Notes: generated by a model from the sequence alone, not told the origin. Positions 52,913 to 63,264 are shown, counted from the first letter of the stretch. The stretch: 64,000 bases of DNA from a candidate division WOR-3 bacterium (GCA_037481815.1 JBBFKX010000001.1:576001-640000), one strand, 5' to 3'. Numbers and translations: made by a program.

Positions 52913-55022
52913 TTTCAAACTCCTTTTTTGAATAAAACAACAAAGCGATAAAGGAAACTAAAGAAATAAATATACCAAGAAAAAGATCAAATGGTAAATA
53001 CTTTTTTCCAGATTTTTCCAAACTTCCATCGATAGGGTTTACAGAAAAGTTGTCATCAACCAGATCGGTATGCCTTTTAAAAAGATAAAAAGGTTTCTGG
53101 GATACAAGTTCAAAATTTGAGTTTTCAAAAAGGTATGGGAAATGAAGGATTTTACCTGTTGAAAATTTTTTAACCATATATATTTTACCTTTTCCCAAAA
53201 TCCTCGTCATTCCTTTTACAACGAGTAATCCAGATTTTAGATCTTGAATATTTTTCAAATACTCTTCCATAGAATCATATTCTATAACATTTTTGATTTC
53301 ACCTGTATAAAATATTATGAATGTATCAGAGAAATTTTCTTTGAAATTTATCGTTAAAAAATCTTTTACATTCAAAATTATTGGTATATCGGGAACAAAA
53401 ACATAATCATAATTTAAAAATAAAGGATTAAAAAGAAAATTGATATTTGAAAATCCGCCCTGCATTATCATGGGATCATCAAAAAAATCTACATACTTTT
53501 TTAATGTAAAATTCTGATAAAGATTGAAGGAATATGCGTTGTAATATATACCTCTATTTCCATAAGAAGAATACCTCTTCAAAATTTCAAGGTTATCAAC
53601 TTTAAAATGATCTTTAATATAATCTTTGTAAAAAAGAACATCCTCTGGGATATAAGTTATAATATATTTGTCTTTCAGAAAATCATAACTTTCGTTTTTA
53701 AGATTTTTCAACTTTTCATATTTCAAAATTCCACCTGTTGAAAGAAAAATATCAAAAAATATTATAACAACCAGAGCAGAATATTTTATATTCGTTTGAA
53801 AATGTTTTATTGAATCTATATAAAAGAATAGAATGTATATGATAAAAAAAAGAACCTGCAAAACAAATCTTTCGATACGAAATCCTTTTATCAAAATCAA
53901 AACGAGAAAAAAGATGAAAATCAACATACTGAACAGAAGAAACTTTTTATCGATTTTTTTCAACATATCAAACACAAACAGGAACAAGAAAGAAATAACA
54001 AAAAGATAGACCGACCTTGTAGGGGTAAGAAATATTTTTAATCCCACAAAATTAAAAAAAGATAAAAATAAAAAAATCAGAGGGATTATTATCCTTTGGA
54101 AATTCTTAAACTCTTTTTTAAATAGCGTAACATACAAAAAATAGTTTAGAGTAAAGAAAAATATCAAAGAAAAATAAAAGGATGTTTCATTTATGTTGAA
54201 TGCTCCGTTATATTCACTTTTAAAAATTAAAGACACTCCGCCAAAAAGATCAGGAAAAACGGTTAAAATAAGATATTTTAAAGGTAGAATATTATAGTTG
54301 AGTTCATCTCTGTAAGAGTATTTAAAAATGTTAAAAGTTGGCATCAAAACAAAAAGCGATACGAAAATTGAGAAAAAGATTACCATGAAAAAGTAAACAA
54401 GATTTCTCAAACTTCTATATTTTACAAATACGATGATAAAGGATAAAATCACAGTATAAAAAAATATCTGTGGATGACCTGCAAGCAAAAGAAGAAAAAA
54501 GAAAATAACAGTTTTTATAAAATTTTTTCTATTACTATTTTCATAAAAATCAACAAGAAAAAATATCGTATAAGGAGAAACAGACAAAGATGACAGTATT
54601 GTGTAATGTGGAATATGGGAAACAAAGAATGAGGAAAAAGTTGTAAGAAATGAGATGATAAATGAAATGTCATCTTCAACTTTTAATTTTTTTAAAAGAA
54701 TGTAAATCCCAACAAAAAAGATCAACACATTTAAAAGTGTAAGAATCTGAACGATCAGAAAAATATCAAAAGGTAAGATCACAAGCCAGTTCAAAGGATA
54801 GTAAAAACAGTTCTGAATATCCTTATATATCGGGAATCCCAATCCAAAAGATTTTTCATAGAGCGGAAAAACAAATTTTGAAAAAGAATTTTTTATAAGA
54901 GCAAGTTTTGGTACATATTCATCTTGTAGATCCCCATCCAAAATTCCATATCCAGAAAAAATCTTATAGAAAAATATAAAAAAAAGGATAGCAAAAATTG
55001 ATAATTTTAATTTCCTATCCAT
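52905..55022 (-). CDS. YfhO-like polytopic membrane glycosyltransferase (GT-C fold, putative)
   Basis: GDL...YVP, PLY...GLGFP, FYYPLNW, LLAGHPQ; many TM segments. Confidence 0.7.
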   Translation of the reverse strand: MDRKLKLSIFAILFFIFFYKIFSGYGILDGDLQDEYVPKLALIKNSFSKFVFPLYEKSFGLGFPIYKDIQNCFYYPLNWLVILPFDIFLIVQILTLLNVLIFFVGIYILLKKLKVEDDISFIISFLTTFSSFFVSHIPHYTILSSLSVSPYTIFFLVDFYENSNRKNFIKTVIFFFLLLLAGHPQIFFYTVILSFIIVFVKYRSLRNLVYFFMVIFFSIFVSLFVLMPTFNIFKYSYRDELNYNILPLKYLILTVFPDLFGGVSLIFKSEYNGAFNINETSFYFSLIFFFTLNYFLYVTLFKKEFKNFQRIIIPLIFLFLSFFNFVGLKIFLTPTRSVYLFVISFLFLFVFDMLKKIDKKFLLFSMLIFIFFLVLILIKGFRIERFVLQVLFFIIYILFFYIDSIKHFQTNIKYSALVVIIFFDIFLSTGGILKYEKLKNLKNESYDFLKDKYIITYIPEDVLFYKDYIKDHFKVDNLEILKRYSSYGNRGIYYNAYSFNLYQNFTLKKYVDFFDDPMIMQGGFSNINFLFNPLFLNYDYVFVPDIPIILNVKDFLTINFKENFSDTFIIFYTGEIKNVIEYDSMEEYLKNIQDLKSGLLVVKGMTRILGKGKIYMVKKFSTGKILHFPYLFENSNFELVSQKPFYLFKRHTDLVDDNFSVNPIDGSLEKSGKKYLPFDLFLGIFISLVSFIALLFYSKKEFENV

Positions 55023-55036
55023 TTTTTTATTATAGG

Positions 55037-55768
55037 TTATTTATCTGAAAGGTCAACTTCTTTTCTTAAAACTATAAAAGATGAGATCCCAAGAGGGATC
55101 ATGTGTTTTGTTGAAAGGTAAAATTCGACAAAAAAAATCTTATCGAGTAAAAAGTTGGTTATCCTGTTTATCTGTTTGACATCAGAACTTTGCTCGTATG
55201 AAAAAAACACAAAGACAAATTTCCTTAAAAAAATTATTAAAGGTAAAAAGACAAAATTCCAGTACACTTTTTCTTTTATAGAAAACCCGTATTTTTTGAA
55301 TTTTTTAAAATCTTTTATTTCAAATCTTATATCGTTGTTAACTGCGATATCATGTTTTGAGTACAGAAACTTAAACATCGGTAGATTCAAAAAGACATAA
55401 CCACCATCTTTCAAAACTCTGTTGTATTCAGCCATCACTTTATCAAAATCTACATCTTTGTGTTGTAAAAGGTCAAAGGAAAAGATTATTTCAAAACTCT
55501 TACTTTTAAATGGAAGTTTGTTTGCGTCTCCATTAACAAGTATTTTGCAATATCTTTTGGCTATGTTGGTTAATGCATAAAAACTGTAGTCAAGTCCAAT
55601 AGAGTTTTCAATTTCTTTCAGATCCCTTCCTGTTCCACACGCAGAATCTAAGATGGTTCCGCCATTGTAATACTTGTTCAAAAAATGATGTGTCAATCTT
55701 CTTTTGTTTTTGAACCAGAAATGTGTCTCTTCAACCTGATTCACATTATCAAATTCATTATCTCTCAT
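55037..55768 (-). CDS. Class I SAM-dependent methyltransferase
   Basis: EETHFWF, ILDSACGTG, GDANKLPF, RVLKDGG, SKHD. Confidence 0.88.
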   Translation of the reverse strand: MRDNEFDNVNQVEETHFWFKNKRRLTHHFLNKYYNGGTILDSACGTGRDLKEIENSIGLDYSFYALTNIAKRYCKILVNGDANKLPFKSKSFEIIFSFDLLQHKDVDFDKVMAEYNRVLKDGGYVFLNLPMFKFLYSKHDIAVNNDIRFEIKDFKKFKKYGFSIKEKVYWNFVFLPLIIFLRKFVFVFFSYEQSSDVKQINRITNFLLDKIFFVEFYLSTKHMIPLGISSFIVLRKEVDLSDK

Positions 55769-56832
55769 CTAAAGGAGTTCACTCCATCAATAACTTTTTC
55801 TATCTCCTCTTCTGTCATCTCTGGAAAAATCGGTAAAGAAAGTTCAGTCGAAGACAACCTTTCAGAATGAGGGAAAGAATAATTTTTATAGAAATATTTT
55901 TGTTTATGTATAGGATATGGATAATGTATCGCAGTTGTTATGCCTTCCTTTTCAAGATGTTTTCTTAACTGATCTCTCATTTTTGAAAATATCGGAAAAA
56001 GATGACCGTTTGAAGTTTCAAAATATCTTGAGGATGGGAGTTGTACATTCTTATTTTTGATTCCATCCCTGTATTTTTTCATTATCTTTCTCCTAATAGA
56101 ATTCTTTTCCTTCAGATTTTTGATCTTTTCAAGAAGTACCAATGCTTGCAACTCATCCAACCTGCTGTTTATACCCTCCATCTGTGCAGAATAGATCTCT
56201 TTTTGCCCATAGTTTCTCATCTTTTGCAAAATCTCATAAAGATTTTTGTCATCTGTTGCAATAGCACCACCATCCCCATAACATCCAAGGTTTTTTGTTG
56301 GATAGAAAGAGAATGCTGAAAGGACTGAGAAATTTCCGGTGTGTTTGCCATCAACATAAGTATCTATCGATTGAGAACAATCTTCAACAAGTGTTATACC
56401 TTTTCTATCACATATATCTTTTAAATGATCAACATATTCTGCCTGTCCATAGAGATGGACAGCAAGTAAAACATCTATTTTTTTTCTACTCTTTTTAAAC
56501 TGCTCTATATTTATAAGGCCAGTATCATCATAAGTATCAAAAAGCACCATTTCACAACCAGCCATATTTATCGCCTGTGCACATGGGAGAGGATTTGAAG
56601 CACATAGAGCAACTCTTTTCGCTTTAAGAACTCTGAATATAAGATATAAAGAATCTGTTGCATTCCCTGTTCCAACTACATATTTTTTCCCTATAAAATT
56701 TCCAAAGACCTTTTCAAACTCTTCGTTGAATTGTCCAAGAATAAATTTTCCTTTTTCGTAAAACTCATCGAGTCGTTTTTTTATTCTTCCAAACTCTTCT
56801 TTATCCCTGTTCAATTGACAAAAAGGTATCAT
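55765..56832 (-). CDS. DegT/DnrJ/EryC1/StrS sugar aminotransferase
   Basis: VHLYGQ, EDCSQ, FSFYPTKNLGCYGDGG, NSRLDELQA, LSLP. Confidence 0.95.
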   Translation of the reverse strand: MIPFCQLNRDKEEFGRIKKRLDEFYEKGKFILGQFNEEFEKVFGNFIGKKYVVGTGNATDSLYLIFRVLKAKRVALCASNPLPCAQAINMAGCEMVLFDTYDDTGLINIEQFKKSRKKIDVLLAVHLYGQAEYVDHLKDICDRKGITLVEDCSQSIDTYVDGKHTGNFSVLSAFSFYPTKNLGCYGDGGAIATDDKNLYEILQKMRNYGQKEIYSAQMEGINSRLDELQALVLLEKIKNLKEKNSIRRKIMKKYRDGIKNKNVQLPSSRYFETSNGHLFPIFSKMRDQLRKHLEKEGITTAIHYPYPIHKQKYFYKNYSFPHSERLSSTELSLPIFPEMTEEEIEKVIDGVNSFR

Positions 56833-57806
56833 AGATAGTATCCTTTATATTTCTGGAAATATTCATAAGTATTTTTCAAACCTTCATCAATCGAAGTTTC
56901 CTCTTTATGGTTTAAAAACTCTTTAACTTTACTGTTATCGGTTCTAAAAGATCCTACATAGATATTTTTCAACTCTTCAGGAAAAGGAATAAAGATTATT
57001 GATGATTTTGGATTGAGTTTAATAAGTTTTTCTGCAATAACTTTCAGAGAATAAGAGTTATCGGATCCAACGTTGAAAATTCCACTGCTATCAGAAACCA
57101 TAGCGTTGTATATAGTTTTCACAAGATCCTTCACATACAGAAGATCTCTTAAAGTTGATCCATCTCCATAAAGTTCTATAGGATTGTTTGTGATAACCCT
57201 GTTGATAAACCAACCGATGAAAGACAACCTCTTATCCCTTATATGCATACCTTCACCATAGATATTCGACAACCTTAAAATTGTGAGGTTGAATCCATAA
57301 TATTTTGAATATAGTGAATAGTACATCTCTGTTGTATATTTGTTTATTCCATTCACATCAACCGGATTTATTGAAGAATTTTCATCAACAGGGAATTTAT
57401 CCTGTTTCCCATATATCTGTCGTGTGGATAGATATATGATCTTCTTGTTCTTATAATTTTTTAAAACTTCCAGAAACTTGATATGTTCAACAGTGTTGTT
57501 TTCAAGATCAAAAAGAGGATTTTTCATCGAGTCAGAATGACTTATCAAAGCAGCAAGATCAACAACGCAATCAGCATTTTTTATAATATCTTTAAATTTT
57601 TCTGCGTTTCCTATCGATTCCTCTATTATACTCACATTCTCTTTTTTCAAACTCAAAAGATGGAATTCGTTATACCCTGACGAGGTGTTTTTCGAATCAA
57701 CTATGGTAATATCAAGATCTTTTTCAAGAAGATGTTTTGCAAGGTTGGATCCTATAAAACCCAATCCTCCTAAAAGAACAACAGATTTTATTTTTGTTTT
57801 TTTCAT
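56829..57806 (-). CDS. NAD-dependent nucleotide-sugar epimerase/dehydratase
   Basis: GGLGFIGSNL, SHSDSMKNP, STRQIYG, PVDVNGINK, LRLSNIYG. Confidence 0.92.
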   Translation of the reverse strand: MKKTKIKSVVLLGGLGFIGSNLAKHLLEKDLDITIVDSKNTSSGYNEFHLLSLKKENVSIIEESIGNAEKFKDIIKNADCVVDLAALISHSDSMKNPLFDLENNTVEHIKFLEVLKNYKNKKIIYLSTRQIYGKQDKFPVDENSSINPVDVNGINKYTTEMYYSLYSKYYGFNLTILRLSNIYGEGMHIRDKRLSFIGWFINRVITNNPIELYGDGSTLRDLLYVKDLVKTIYNAMVSDSSGIFNVGSDNSYSLKVIAEKLIKLNPKSSIIFIPFPEELKNIYVGSFRTDNSKVKEFLNHKEETSIDEGLKNTYEYFQKYKGYYL

Positions 57807-57812
57807 ATACAC

Positions 57813-58523
57813 CTACACTCTTTTACCTATAAGATTATACCATAAAACAATTATATATAAAAAGACAAAAAATAATCTTTTAAAATTGAAAAACTGTGAA
57901 CTACCAAACTCTCTCTCATAATGGTTCACTCCAACCTGTTTAACTTTTCCATTTTTGAGTTCAATTTTTTTTATCATCTCAACACATATTGTACCTGATT
58001 TCGAGAAAAATGTTTCATCCTTGAAAATATCTTTTCTTATTATTCTGAAATCACAATCTATATCTTTTAATTTTATTCCGAAAAAAAATTTCATAAAAGT
58101 GTTGTACATTTTACCGATAATTATTCTATAGAAAGGGTCATTTCTTGTAATTTTATATCCGTTCACAAGGTCAGTATCCTCATCTAAAAGTTTTATAAGT
58201 TTTTCAATCTCTCCGGGATCATACTGACCATCTCCATCTGTATAGAAAAAGTAATCATATTTTGCATTTTTTAAACCATCAACGATCGTTGCACCATATC
58301 CCATATTCTTTTCGTGTAATATTACCTTGAGTTTAGGATTTTCTTTTGCTTTTTCAAGAAGGATTTCCCTTGCCCCATCAGTTGAAAAATCGTCAACAAC
58401 AATTATCTCATAATTTTGAGTATATTTTTTTAATTTCTCTTCAACTTTATCTATCAATTTTGTAATGGTTTCCCTGTCGTTATAACAGGGAAACATCGCT
58501 GAGATATTGATCCCTTTTTTCAT
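57813..58523 (-). CDS. GT2 glycosyltransferase, polyprenyl-phosphate glycosyltransferase-like
   Basis: FPCYND, VDDFSTD, NMGYG, YTDGDGQY, DIDCDFR, R..GSS. Confidence 0.88.
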   Translation of the reverse strand: MKKGINISAMFPCYNDRETITKLIDKVEEKLKKYTQNYEIIVVDDFSTDGAREILLEKAKENPKLKVILHEKNMGYGATIVDGLKNAKYDYFFYTDGDGQYDPGEIEKLIKLLDEDTDLVNGYKITRNDPFYRIIIGKMYNTFMKFFFGIKLKDIDCDFRIIRKDIFKDETFFSKSGTICVEMIKKIELKNGKVKQVGVNHYEREFGSSQFFNFKRLFFVFLYIIVLWYNLIGKRV

Positions 58524-59518
58524 CTATTTTTCAATTTGTTTATAAGGATTGGTACAACTTCAAAAAGATCTCCAACTATTCCATAATCGGCAACCTGAAA
58601 AATAGGTGCGTTTGGATCTTTGTTTATCGCTACTATCACATCTGAAGATTTCATGCCTGCAAGATGTTGTATCGCTCCAGATATTCCCAAAGCAACATAA
58701 AGTTTTGGAGATACAGTTTTTCCTGTCTGCCCAACCTGGTGGGAGAATGGAAGCCATCCATCGTCTATACAGGGTCTTGAAGCACCGACAGCACCATTTA
58801 AAATTTCTGCGAGTTCAAACACGAGATTGAAATTCTCTTTACTCTTCAAACCTCTTCCACCTGAAACTATCACATCAGCATCTGAAAGATTCACCGTTTG
58901 TGTTTCATCTTTAGTAAAGGATATATATTCAACTCTTTTATCAACCATATCATCTTTGAATTCAAATTTTTCGACAACTCCATTCCTTGATTCATCAATA
59001 ACCGCTTCTTTGAAAACTTTATGTCTTACAGTTGCCATCTGAGGTCTTCTGTTGGGTGTTATGATTGTTGCCATAATCGAACCACCAGCAGCAGGTCTTG
59101 TTTGTAAAAGTTTTCCATCTTCCGGGTCAATATCAAGTTCGGTGCAATCCGCAGTAAGTCCCGTTTCAAGTTTAGCAGAGACCCTTGGGAAAAGAGATCT
59201 TCCAGTATTCGTTGAACCTGCAAGAAAAATTTCCGGTTTATATTTTTTTACAACCTCAACAACAACATTTGAATAGGTTGAATCAACAAAATCTTTCAAC
59301 CTTTTATCATCAACAACGATAACTCTGTCTGATCCTCTTTTTATAAGTTGATCTGAAAATCTTTCAACATCATACCCTACTATCAAACTCATAAGTTCAA
59401 CATTTCTTTTATCAGCGAGTTCTCTTCCCTTATTCAAAAGTTCAAATGATACACCTTCTATCTTTCCATTTCTATTTTCAATATAAACCATAACTCCTTT
59501 ATAATCTTTCAAATCCAT
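58520..59518 (-). CDS. etfA: Electron transfer flavoprotein alpha subunit
   Basis: GLTADCT, TRPAAGG, SGGRG, QVGQTGKTV, GISGAIQH. Confidence 0.97.
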   Translation of the reverse strand: MDLKDYKGVMVYIENRNGKIEGVSFELLNKGRELADKRNVELMSLIVGYDVERFSDQLIKRGSDRVIVVDDKRLKDFVDSTYSNVVVEVVKKYKPEIFLAGSTNTGRSLFPRVSAKLETGLTADCTELDIDPEDGKLLQTRPAAGGSIMATIITPNRRPQMATVRHKVFKEAVIDESRNGVVEKFEFKDDMVDKRVEYISFTKDETQTVNLSDADVIVSGGRGLKSKENFNLVFELAEILNGAVGASRPCIDDGWLPFSHQVGQTGKTVSPKLYVALGISGAIQHLAGMKSSDVIVAINKDPNAPIFQVADYGIVGDLFEVVPILINKLKNR

Positions 59519-59527
59519 ATTTACTCC

Positions 59528-60322
59528 TTAGATGATAGATTTTTTCTTCAATTCGTTTATAAGATTCTCAACATTCTTTTCCTGATTTTCATCTGAAAAT
59601 ATTATATTCTCTTTTTCGATAGTTGGGGTAAATGCTTTTATGACCCATGTTGGAGAACCTTTTAAACCACATCTTGATAGATCAATTCCAAGAAAGTTAG
59701 CATCCCAAACAGGTATCTCTTCTTTTTTCGCTCTCATCTTTCCTCTTAAAGATGGGAGACGTGGCTCATTCAACTCTTTTATACATGTTAAAGCGACAGG
59801 TAATTTTACTTTCAAAGTTTCAAATCCATCCTCCATACTCCTTTCAGCAATTATATAACCATCTTTGATATCAACAATTTTTCTGACAAAAGTTATCTGA
59901 GGAATATCAAGAAGAGATGCTACTTCAGGCCCAACCTGTGCGGTATCACCATCAATAGCCATCTTACCAAACATTATCATATCAACATTTCCAATTTTTT
60001 TAATCGCTTCTGAAAGAACATAACTTGTAGCAAGTGTATCACTCGCAGCAAAGGATTTATCTGAAATGAGTATCGCTTTATCAACACCCATAGAGATAAC
60101 TTCTCTTAAAGCATTTTCCGCCTGTTTTGGTCCCATAGATATTGCTGTTATCGTTGAATCAGGGAAGTATTTCTCCTTTATTCTTAATGCCTCTTCAACA
60201 GCATAAAGATCAAAAGGGTTAACAATATTTTCTACACCTTCCCTTTTAATGGTTTTTGTTTCAGGATCAAATTTCATCTGACTCGTGTCTGGAACCTGTT
60301 TTACACATACAACTATGTTCAT
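59528..60322 (-). CDS. etfB: Electron transfer flavoprotein beta subunit
   Basis: CVKQVPD, NPFD, DTLATS, AIDGDTAQVG, PRLPS, GLKGSPT. Confidence 0.97.
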   Translation of the reverse strand: MNIVVCVKQVPDTSQMKFDPETKTIKREGVENIVNPFDLYAVEEALRIKEKYFPDSTITAISMGPKQAENALREVISMGVDKAILISDKSFAASDTLATSYVLSEAIKKIGNVDMIMFGKMAIDGDTAQVGPEVASLLDIPQITFVRKIVDIKDGYIIAERSMEDGFETLKVKLPVALTCIKELNEPRLPSLRGKMRAKKEEIPVWDANFLGIDLSRCGLKGSPTWVIKAFTPTIEKENIIFSDENQEKNVENLINELKKKSII

Positions 60323-60978
60323 AATGAATTCTCCTTCTCAATTTTTTTTATTGCAAGTTTAGCTGCCTTCTTCTCACTCTCCTTTTTAGTTTTCCCAGTA
60401 GATTGAGAATAATATTTTCCATCAAGGTAGATCTTACATTTGAATCTATCTTCCTTGTATATTTCAGTTTTAAATTCTGGTAATTTTTTATACTTTGAAA
60501 GTGATAATTCCTGTAATCTATTTTTTGCATAAAAATCATCGGACATCTCTTTTGAATTTTTCAAAATCAATTTAAAAAATTTTTTCACTGACCTTAATCC
60601 TTTTTCAATATATATAGCCCCAATGAGTGATTCTATTATATCCTCTTTTATTGAATCTGGAAGTTTTTTCAACGATTTTCTATCAACAAAGATCAAATCT
60701 TCAAATTTTAACTTGGAAAAGATGTAAGAAAGATTTTCCCTGTTAACTATTTCACTTCTTTTTTTTGATAACTCCCCCTCATCAACATTTTTTAATTTTT
60801 TGAAAAGATATTCTGACGCTAAAAAAGAGAGTATCGAATCTCCTAAAAATTCCAGCCTTTCATAAGATACATTTTCACCGAAAGATCTATGTGTTAACGA
60901 CTCTTTTAAAAGTTCAACATTTTCAAAATCAATCCCAGTTATATTTTTAAATCTATCAAGCAATTCTTTATCATTCAT
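60319..60978 (-). CDS. rnc: Ribonuclease III
   Basis: LTHRS, ERLEFLGDS, ESLIGAIY; C-terminal dsRBD (KNRLQE...KKESEKKAA). Confidence 0.95.
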   Translation of the reverse strand: MNDKELLDRFKNITGIDFENVELLKESLTHRSFGENVSYERLEFLGDSILSFLASEYLFKKLKNVDEGELSKKRSEIVNRENLSYIFSKLKFEDLIFVDRKSLKKLPDSIKEDIIESLIGAIYIEKGLRSVKKFFKLILKNSKEMSDDFYAKNRLQELSLSKYKKLPEFKTEIYKEDRFKCKIYLDGKYYSQSTGKTKKESEKKAAKLAIKKIEKENSL

Positions 60979-62206
60979 ATTTGGCAAAACCAAGTGTAAC
61001 ATTGTGCCCACCAAAACCGAATGAGTTCGATAAAGCGAATTTTACTTCCTTTTTCACAGCAACGTTTGGAGTATAATTCAGATCACAATTTGGATCCTTA
61101 TTTTCATAGTTTATCGTTGGTGGGATTATTCCATTCTTTATAGCAAGTATCGTTGCGACCGCTTCAACTGCACTCGCAGCACCAAGAAGATGCCCGTGCA
61201 TCGATTTCGTACTTGAAATGTTTATATCGTATGCTCTATCTTTAAACACTTTCTTTATCGCCAATGTTTCCATCTGATCGTTTAACTTTGTTGAAGTTCC
61301 ATGTGCGTTTATATAATCAACATCTTCGATGGTTTTTCCACTCTTTTTTATAGCGAGCATCATACATTTTGCAGGACCTTCTCCGGTCTCATCAGGAGCG
61401 GTTATATGGTAAGCATCATCGTTATAACCGTATCCAGTGATCTCAGCATATATTGGAGCATTCCTTTTTAAAGCGTGTTCAAGAGATTCAAGGATGAGAA
61501 TGGCACCACCTTCGGCGATAACGAATCCATCTCTTAAAGCATCAAAAGGACGCGATGCTTTTTCCGGTTGATCGTTCCTTGTTGAAAGTGCCTGAAGAGC
61601 GATAAAGCCACCAACAGAAAGTGGGGTTATCGATGCTTCAACACCACCACAAACCATAATATCAGCGTTATCAAGGATTATCTGATTATACGCATCCGCT
61701 ATCGCGTGACCACTTGAAGCACACGCTGAAACAACTGAAAAATTCGGACCTTTGAGTTTATATCTGATAGCGACATTACCAGAAGATGAGTTAACGATCA
61801 TCATTGGAACAAAGAAAGGACTCAACCTTTCAACACCTTCTTTCAAAAAGATGGAATGTTGATTCTCCCATGTTTCAACTCCACCTATACCAGTTGCGAT
61901 TATCACCCCTGCTCGATCATGATCTATTTTATCAAGTTCCAGTTTTGAATTTTTGAGTGCTTCATCTGTTGTGTATATCGCATACTGTGTAACTCTATCC
62001 ATTCTCCTTAACTCTTTTTTATTGATCACAACTTCCGGATTGAAATCTTTCACTTCTCCGGCTATCTTTGAAGCAAAGTTTGTTGTGTCAAATTTGGTTA
62101 TAGTGGAGATTCCACTTTTCCCGGCAAAGAGATTTTTTGCAAACTCATCGAGATTGTTTCCTATGGATGACACAACACCAATTCCAGTAATGACAACCCT
62201 CTTCAT
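60971..62206 (-). CDS. fabF: Beta-ketoacyl-ACP synthase II
   Basis: RVVITGIG, SACASS, NAHGTST, GHLLGAA, SNSFGFGGHN. Confidence 0.97.
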   Translation of the reverse strand: MKRVVITGIGVVSSIGNNLDEFAKNLFAGKSGISTITKFDTTNFASKIAGEVKDFNPEVVINKKELRRMDRVTQYAIYTTDEALKNSKLELDKIDHDRAGVIIATGIGGVETWENQHSIFLKEGVERLSPFFVPMMIVNSSSGNVAIRYKLKGPNFSVVSACASSGHAIADAYNQIILDNADIMVCGGVEASITPLSVGGFIALQALSTRNDQPEKASRPFDALRDGFVIAEGGAILILESLEHALKRNAPIYAEITGYGYNDDAYHITAPDETGEGPAKCMMLAIKKSGKTIEDVDYINAHGTSTKLNDQMETLAIKKVFKDRAYDINISSTKSMHGHLLGAASAVEAVATILAIKNGIIPPTINYENKDPNCDLNYTPNVAVKKEVKFALSNSFGFGGHNVTLGFAKYE

Positions 62207-62223
62207 CAGAATATCTCCTTTTT

Positions 62224-62258
62224 AATAAAAGAAGCGGGAAACCCCCGCTTTCTTTTCT
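62224..62258 (-). terminator. Intrinsic terminator-like hairpin after acpP
   Basis: Minus strand AAGCGGG-GGTTT-CCCGCTT followed by CTTTTATT. Confidence 0.8.
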
Positions 62259-62262
62259 TTTG

Positions 62263-62502
62263 TTATTTTGCTATTTTGCCTTCTATATATTTTGCTACAT
62301 CTCCAACTGTTTTCAAATTCACATAATCTTCCTGAGGGATTTTGATCGAATAGATCTTTTCCAGTTCATTTACAAGGTCCATCAGATCAAGGGAATCAGC
62401 CCCAAGATCCTGCATGATGTTTGCGTTCTCGTTGATCTTTGCTTCATCGATCGAAAGGTTTTCTACCAAAAGTTTTTTAACTGTTTCGTAAACCTGTGAC
62501 AT
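62263..62502 (-). CDS. acpP: Acyl carrier protein
   Basis: DLGADSLD phosphopantetheine site, TVGD. Confidence 0.97.
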   Translation of the reverse strand: MSQVYETVKKLLVENLSIDEAKINENANIMQDLGADSLDLMDLVNELEKIYSIKIPQEDYVNLKTVGDVAKYIEGKIAK

Positions 62503-62523
62503 CGAATACCTCCTTACTTGTTT

Positions 62524-63264
62524 TTACATCAACATTCCACCATCACAATGTATAACCTGTCCTGTAATATAACTTGCTTTTTCTGAAGAAAGAAACAAAC
62601 ACACATTCGCAACATCCTCAGGTTTGCCCATTCTACCAAGAGGGATAAGTTTCGCATACTCTCTTATGACCTCTTCTGGGAGTTTTTTAGTCATATCGGT
62701 TTCAATGAACCCCGGAGCAATAGCGTTTACCCTGACATTTCTTGAGCCAACCTCTTTTGCAAGTGATTTCGTAAAACCTATGATCCCTGCTTTACTCGCA
62801 GCATAATTTGATTGTCCTTTGTTCCCCATAATACCTATAACTGAGGAGATGTTTGTAATAACTCCCTTCCTTTTTTTTATCATGTATTTAACAACACTTT
62901 TAGAACAGTTGAAAGTTCCTTTCAAATTTACCGAAATGACTTTATCCCATTCTTCTTCTGTCATACTTATCAAAAGATTATCTTTTGTGATCCCTGCATT
63001 GTTGATCAAAAAATCTATATTTTCAAACTTTTTTATTACCTCTTCAACAGTCTCTTCGACTCTGGAAAAACTGGAAACATCAACTTTATAATACTCAAAA
63101 GATACTCCAAATTTTTCTATCTCACTTTTTGTTTCATTAAGATTATCATCTATAAGATCGAAGACAATAACATTTGCACCTTCGGAAGCAAAAGATAAAG
63201 ATATGCTTTTCCCGATTCCTCTCAAACCACCTGTCACTATAACATTTTTTCCTTTAAATTCCAT
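62524..63264 (-). CDS. fabG: 3-oxoacyl-ACP reductase
   Basis: TGGLRGIG, NNAGITKD, YAASK, APGFIETDMT. Confidence 0.97.
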   Translation of the reverse strand: MEFKGKNVIVTGGLRGIGKSISLSFASEGANVIVFDLIDDNLNETKSEIEKFGVSFEYYKVDVSSFSRVEETVEEVIKKFENIDFLINNAGITKDNLLISMTEEEWDKVISVNLKGTFNCSKSVVKYMIKKRKGVITNISSVIGIMGNKGQSNYAASKAGIIGFTKSLAKEVGSRNVRVNAIAPGFIETDMTKKLPEEVIREYAKLIPLGRMGKPEDVANVCLFLSSEKASYITGQVIHCDGGMLM

